The position numbers were made by a program, and so were the translations under genes. A DNA stretch of 64,000 nt from Candidatus Bipolaricaulaceae bacterium (GTDB lineage: Bacteria > Bipolaricaulota > Bipolaricaulia > Bipolaricaulales > Bipolaricaulaceae): assembly GCA_049975705.1 (NCBI GenBank), contig JBNGCS010000007.1, forward strand, positions 1-64,000. Direction: 5' to 3'. The notes below the pieces were generated by a model. The model saw only the letters and a list, made by a program, of their open reading frames with translations. It searched no databases and was not told the DNA's origin. How positions within the stretch are numbered: position 1 is the stretch's first letter; every line of letters starts with the position of its first letter. Positions 59,240 to 64,000 of this stretch are shown here, one piece after another.

Positions 59240-59295
59240 TTGACGGGGGGCGGCGGCCATTCTAGAATTTAGCAGTCCGATATCGAGACTGCTAG
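59240..59295 (+). promoter_or_regulatory. promoter TTGACG-N17-TAGAAT plus CIRCE-like inverted repeat TTAGCAGTC-N9-GACTGCTAG upstream of clpC-like gene
   Basis: -35 59240..59245, -10 59263..59268, inverted repeat 59269..59295 starting at the -10/TSS; 25 nt upstream of start codon. Confidence 0.5.
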
Positions 59296-59319
59296 TAACC
59301 ATGGTGAGGTGAGCAGGCG

Positions 59320-61569
59320 ATGATCCGGTTCGACCGGTTGACTAAGGGGGCCCAAGAGGCTCTGCACAACGCCCAGGACCTCCTGGGGCAGCTGAAGCAC
59401 AACCAGCTCGACGTGGAGCACCTGCTCCGCGTTCTGGCTGGGCAACAGGGTGTGGGCCAAGAGATCCTCAAGGCGATGGAGGTGGACATTCCCAGGCTGC
59501 TTTGGGATCTGGACCGCCTGTTGGCCGGCCGCCCGCAGGTGGGCGGGTCGGCAGTGGGCACCATCTACATCACTCCGCGCCTGGACGAGGTCTTTCAGGC
59601 CGCCGAGGCGGAGGCGAAGCGGCTGCGTGACGAGTACGTGGGAGTGGACCACCTGTTCATCGCTATCACCCGGAACCCCGGCCCCGAGCTCAGCCGGGTC
59701 CTCGCCCGGCATGGCGTGGATCCCGACAAGGTCTATGCCGCCCTGCGCCGGGTCCGCGGGGAGCAGCGCGTGGACTCCCCGGCCTCCGAAGAACGCTATC
59801 AGATCCTCAAGAAGTACGGGGTGAACCTGACCGACATGGCCCGCCGGGGGGAACTCGATCCAGTCGTCGGCCGCCAGGAGGAACTGCAGCGGGTAATCCA
59901 GGTGCTTTTGCGTCGCCGGAAGAACAACCCCGTGCTGGTGGGGGAGCCCGGGGTGGGAAAGACGGCCATCGTGGAGGGGCTGGCCCAGCGGATCGCCGCC
60001 GGCGACGTGCCCCAGACGCTGCGGGACAAGGAGATCGTGGCCCTGGACATGGGCGCCATGGTGGCCGGCTCCAAGTTCCGGGGCGAGTTCGAGGACCGGG
60101 TGAAGGCAGTGCTGCGCGAAGTGGAGGCTTCTCAGGGCAAGGTTATCCTGTTCATCGACGAGTTCCACACCGTGGTGGGGGCCGGCGCGGCGGAGGGGGC
60201 GATCGACGCCTCGAACCTGTTGAAGGAGCCGTTGGCCCGCGGGCGGCTGCGCCTGATCGGGGCCACCACCCTCGATGAGTACCGCAAGCACGTGGAGAAG
60301 GATGCTGCCTTGGAACGGCGGCTGGCCCAGGTGTACGTGCGGGAGCCCACCCAAGAAGAGACCGTGGACATCCTGCGCGGCCTGGCCGACAAGCTGGGGA
60401 AGCATCACCGGGTGCGGATCGCCGAGGAGGCCCTCCGGGCCGCCGCCCGGCTGGCGGAGCGGTACATCGCCGAGCGCTTCCTTCCGGACAAGGCGGTGGA
60501 CTTGGTGGACGAGGCCGCAGCGCGCCTCCGGGCTGCCCGGCCGGATGAGGAGGAACTGGAAGTGACGCCGGAGGCGATCGCCGAGGTGGTCCATCTGTGG
60601 ACCGGCATTCCTGTCCGGCGGCTGCTGGAGGAAGAGCGGCAGCGCCTGGCTCACCTGGAGGAAGTGCTGCACGGCCGGGTGGTGGACCAGGAAGAGGCCG
60701 TGAACGCGGTGGCGGAAGCGGTACGCCGCGCCCGGGCCGGCTTGGCCGACCCCCGGCGCCCCATCGGGAGCTTCCTGTTCCTGGGGCCGACCGGGGTGGG
60801 GAAGACCGAGTTGGCCAAGGCGCTTGCCGAAGCCCTGTTCGGGGACGAGCGGGCGTTGCTCCGGGTGGACATGTCCGAGTACATGGAGCGGCACACAGTG
60901 GCCCGGCTCATCGGGGCGCCGCCCGGCTACGTGGGCTACGAGGAGGCCGGGCAGCTCACCGAGGCCGTCCGGCGGCGGCCGTATCAGGTGATCTTGCTGG
61001 ACGAGGTGGAGAAAGCACACTTGGAGGTCATGAACATCCTGCTCCAGCTGCTGGACGACGGCCGGCTCACCGATGGGCATGGGCGCACGGTCGACTTCCG
61101 GCACACCATGGTCATCATGACCTCAAATGTGGGCTCGGAGCAATTCCAGACCCAGCCTTCGTTCGAGGCCGCGGAGCGGGAGGTGCGGCAGGCCCTCCGC
61201 CGCACGTTCCGCCCTGAGCTGCTGGGGCGGCTGGACGAGGTGGTGGTGTTTCGGCCACTCCCTCCCCAGGCGGTGCGGGAGATTGCCCGCCGCAAGATCG
61301 CGTTGCTCGGCCGGCGGCTGGCCGAGCACGGCGTGGGGCTGGAGGTCACCGAGCCCGCGCTGGAGTGGCTGGTCCGCCAGGGGTATGACGCCCATTACGG
61401 AGCTCGCCCCATGGAGCGGACGATCCGTCGACAGGTGGAGTCCCCGTTGGCGCGGATGCTGGTGGAGGGCCAACTGGCAGCCGGAGCGCGGGTCCAGGTG
61501 AACGCCACCCCAGACGGGATTGCGATCGTCCCGCTAGGCGAGCGCCAGGAGGCCCAAGCTAGCCAGTAG
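59320..61569 (+). CDS. clpC: Clp/Hsp100 AAA+ ATPase, ClpA/ClpC type (two NBDs, short middle region)
   Basis: ATG after GGTGAGGTGA; double N-domain repeat; NBD1 [11 protein letters not shown]2 GPTGVGKT, sensor/ClpB_D2-small; no long M-domain coiled coil. Confidence 0.85.
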   Translation: MIRFDRLTKGAQEALHNAQDLLGQLKHNQLDVEHLLRVLAGQQGVGQEILKAMEVDIPRLLWDLDRLLAGRPQVGGSAVGTIYITPRLDEVFQAAEAEAKRLRDEYVGVDHLFIAITRNPGPELSRVLARHGVDPDKVYAALRRVRGEQRVDSPASEERYQILKKYGVNLTDMARRGELDPVVGRQEELQRVIQVLLRRRKNNPVLVGEPGVGKTAIVEGLAQRIAAGDVPQTLRDKEIVALDMGAMVAGSKFRGEFEDRVKAVLREVEASQGKVILFIDEFHTVVGAGAAEGAIDASNLLKEPLARGRLRLIGATTLDEYRKHVEKDAALERRLAQVYVREPTQEETVDILRGLADKLGKHHRVRIAEEALRAAARLAERYIAERFLPDKAVDLVDEAAARLRAARPDEEELEVTPEAIAEVVHLWTGIPVRRLLEEERQRLAHLEEVLHGRVVDQEEAVNAVAEAVRRARAGLADPRRPIGSFLFLGPTGVGKTELAKALAEALFGDERALLRVDMSEYMERHTVARLIGAPPGYVGYEEAGQLTEAVRRRPYQVILLDEVEKAHLEVMNILLQLLDDGRLTDGHGRTVDFRHTMVIMTSNVGSEQFQTQPSFEAAEREVRQALRRTFRPELLGRLDEVVVFRPLPPQAVREIARRKIALLGRRLAEHGVGLEVTEPALEWLVRQGYDAHYGARPMERTIRRQVESPLARMLVEGQLAAGARVQVNATPDGIAIVPLGERQEAQASQ

Positions 61570-61995
61570 CACCACCACCCCGGCGATGCACACCCCCAAG
61601 GCGATGAGCGTGAACGCCCGCCGCCTGGGGACGGCCAGCAACGTGGCCACCAGCGCCCCGGTCCAGGCACCGGTGGCCGGCAATGGCACGGCCACGATCA
61701 CAATCAGCGCCACGTCGCCCCAGCGAGCGTAGCGGCGGGCGTGGCGGCGGCGTTGCCAGCCCAGGAAGCGGCGGGCGGCCTGCCCACCTCGCCCCGGCAG
61801 CCGCCCGACCAGGGGCAGGAGGCGTCCTAAGCCCCAGAGAAGGAAGGGGACCGGCAGCAGATTGGCCACCACCGGCACCAGGTAGGCCAGCGGGGCAGGC
61901 ACGCCCATGGTCAGGGCCAACGGCAGCCCCCCGCGGAGCTCCGAGATCGGGGCCGCCGACAGGAGGACCACCTTCCAGATCCCTTCCCAACCCAT
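61534..61995 (-). CDS. small multidrug-export-like membrane protein (COG2426 family)
   Basis: four TM helices, conserved ..ELRGGLPLAL.. start motif of that family. Confidence 0.5.
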   Translation of the reverse strand: MGWEGIWKVVLLSAAPISELRGGLPLALTMGVPAPLAYLVPVVANLLPVPFLLWGLGRLLPLVGRLPGRGGQAARRFLGWQRRRHARRYARWGDVALIVIVAVPLPATGAWTGALVATLLAVPRRRAFTLIALGVCIAGVVVLLASLGLLALA

Positions 61996-62049
61996 GAGAG
62001 CTGTATTCTACTCGGGCCGGATGCAACCTGAGCCCCAGCCTGGGTGGGG

Positions 62050-63502
62050 CTACTTGAACGGGTCCCAGCGGACGGTGAGCCGCTCGTACCCCGGCGGGAA
62101 ATCCTTGCGGAAACTGCGGTAGTACAACAGCTCCTTGGGGGAGTTGAAAGGGATGCCCCCGCTGCTCCTCGGGTGCTTGGCCAGCTCCTGCTCGCTCACC
62201 TTCCCGGCGGTGAGCTCGGTCATCAGGTCATCCACCCCACTTCCCCGGGAGAACCGGAGCTTGGGGCGGCCGGCGATCTCCTTGGGCAGGAGGTCCCGAA
62301 ACGCCTCCCGCAGGATCCACTTCTCCACCGACTCCTCGGCCCCGTGGACCTTGAGGTCGAACGGGATGGCTTCGCTCAGGGCCACCACGGAACCGTCCAG
62401 GAACGGCGCCCGGTAGTTGACCGAGTTGGCCAACCAGCCCCGGTCCAGCCGGCGCAGAGCCGTGTTGTAGGCGATCTCCACCAGCCGTTGGGCCACCTGC
62501 TCGCGCTCCTCCGCCGGGACCTGGCGAAGCTCGCGGAAGTAGCCACCGAACAGCTCGTCCGCCCCTTCGCCGACCAGCACGCAGTTGGTGTGCCGGGCGG
62601 CCAGCTTCGAGGTGTAGTAGTTGGCGATGAAGCCCGATATGCAGTCCTCGTCGAACGATTCCAGGTACCACACGGCGCGGGATGAGGCGGGCGATGTCCT
62701 GGTCGGTGATCTTGTACACGTGATGTTCCAGGCCCAGGTAGCCAGCCATCAGCTTGGCGTAGCCGAGGTCCTGGCTCGGATAGCGCTTGATGGAGGCGCT
62801 GAACAGCTTCAGCTTGGCGTTGAATTGCCGGGCCACTGCAGCCACGATGGAGCTGTCCAGTCCTCCGCTGAGGGCCACCCCCTCCACTGCGCCGTCGGCC
62901 ATCTGCTTCTCCACCGCCTCGATCGCCTGCTCACGCAGCAGCTTGGCCGCCTCGGCTGGGGTGTGAAATTCAGGGACGGCCCGACTGGGTCGGGGGAACG
63001 GTTGCAGCCCTCCCCGGGTGGAAAATAGGTGCCCGGGCGGCAGCTCGCGCACTTCAGGAAGCACGTCCACCAACGCCTTGGCCTCCGAGGCGAAGTACAG
63101 CCGGCCGTCGCGCGTGCCGTAGACCAGCGGGCGCGCTCCCACGTGGTCCCGGGCCAGGATGGCCTCCCCTTCTGTGAGGACCGCGCAGGCATAGCTCCCG
63201 TCCATGTGGCTGAACCCTTCCGTCCCGCGTTCGCGGTACAGCTGCCGCGCCAACGAGACGTTGGTCACCTCGTACGGGCGCGGATTGAACAGCTCACCGT
63301 CCAGCAGCACGAACGGCTCCCGTTCGCCGCTGAAGGCAAAGGTCGCCTGGTAGGAAGTGTTGAGCTCGCCGCAGCCCACCGCAGCGTAGGGCAGGTTCCG
63401 GACGATGGAGTTGTCCGGCCCCCGGTGCCTGAGCGCGTTGAGCATCTTGCCCACCTGTCTGGGGCGGGCCTCCTTCCCCACGATACCCGCAATTGCCGCC
63501 AC
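62050..63502 (-). pseudogene. asnB: asparagine synthetase (AsnB-like), frameshifted and lacking the N-terminal Cys nucleophile
   Basis: Two track ORFs (62228..63502, 62050..62673) are N and C halves of AsnB (LSGGLDSS, ..LESFDEDCIS.., ..GEGADELFGGY..); +1 frame change in CCCGCGCCGTGTGG at about 62665..62680; predicted N-terminus V/M-AAIAGIV instead of M-CGIxG. Confidence 0.6.
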
Positions 63503-63638
63503 TAGTCACTCCTCCCTGTTGGTCAACCGGTGTGTGCAGTCTCGGCTGGCGAGGGATAATTCACCTTAGGCCATCCGGGGGAGGCTTTCAACTGCGGTCG
63601 CTAGTCCTGGCGGGGCGGTGCTTTCCGCCTGTGCCCGC

Positions 63639-64000
63639 TTACCTTTCTGCTTCCTGCTCCGAGGCGCCCGTGTCACCCCGGGCCGCTTCGGTGGCCAGTT
63701 CGTGGGCCATGGCCAGGGGTGCGGGGTAGGAGGTCGACTCGGTCATTCCCAGCACCAGCTCCACGGCAGTGGCCAGGTCGGACCGGTGCCCGGGGGAGAC
63801 GAACAGCGTGCGGTTCCTCCCGGTACGGATTGCGGCTCCCACGGTATCCCCCTCCAGCACCACCGGGCGCCATTCGCCGATTGCCTGTCCGGCGGCGTTC
63901 ACCTCCCCACACAGCCGGCGTTTGGCCACTCCCACCGTGGGGCGATCGAGCACCACCCCCAGGTGGGTGGCGATCCCCGTCCGCCTCGGGTGGAGGATGC
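63639..64000 (-). CDS. nfi: endonuclease V (partial, continues beyond window end)
   Basis: ..TVGVAKRRLCGE.. and ..LFVSPGHR.. match EndoV conserved core; ORF open to the window edge. Confidence 0.6.
   Translation of the reverse strand, partial: ILHPRRTGIATHLGVVLDRPTVGVAKRRLCGEVNAAGQAIGEWRPVVLEGDTVGAAIRTGRNRTLFVSPGHRSDLATAVELVLGMTESTSYPAPLAMAHELATEAARGDTGASEQEAER

Overview
High-GC (roughly 68%) bacterial chromosomal window, almost fully coding, with no transposase, integrase or CRISPR array. The most striking content is a ten-gene oxidative-stress island at 10340..16193, all on the minus strand. It contains two transcription units: rubredoxin plus NAD(P)H:rubredoxin oxidoreductase, and a Fur/PerR-like regulator, a Dps-like thioferritin (DPSL), rubrerythrin, an encapsulated ferritin cargo (EncFtn), a family-1 encapsulin shell, a 1-Cys peroxiredoxin, a superoxide reductase and a rubrerythrin-like ferritin. 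It is an anaerobe-type O2/ROS defence module that includes an iron-sequestering encapsulin nanocompartment. Both promoter regions share a TATAATGCG box. The rubredoxin gene (53 aa) is missing from the ORF track. Other content is housekeeping. NAD salvage pncA-pncB sits with a WD40 protein. A sugar ABC transporter is followed by four glycosyltransferase/nucleotidyltransferase genes. A glycogen/alpha-glucan cluster (two GH57 enzymes, GlgB, GlgC, a GalT-like gene) precedes FBA, PFK, CtpA and GpsA. A 1104-aa serine hydroxymethyltransferase-unknown-aminomethyltransferase fusion is present. The rpsF-ssb-rpsR operon carries an unknown 368-aa gene where rplI is expected. Also present are HU with a consensus sigma70 promoter, an HD-GYP membrane sensor, AsnRS, the plsX-fabH-fabD-fabG-acpP cluster next to tRNA-Leu(GAG), holA, secD-yajC, mgtE, and a clpC-like gene behind a CIRCE-like operator. 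An asnB-like gene is frameshifted and lacks the Cys1 nucleophile. Endonuclease V is cut off at the window end. Many long ORFs in the track are GC-rich shadow ORFs or 5' over-extensions; starts were trimmed using RBS and homology reasoning. No ORF or ncRNA call was checked against a database; rRNA, CRISPR and transposase-like content were looked for and not seen.
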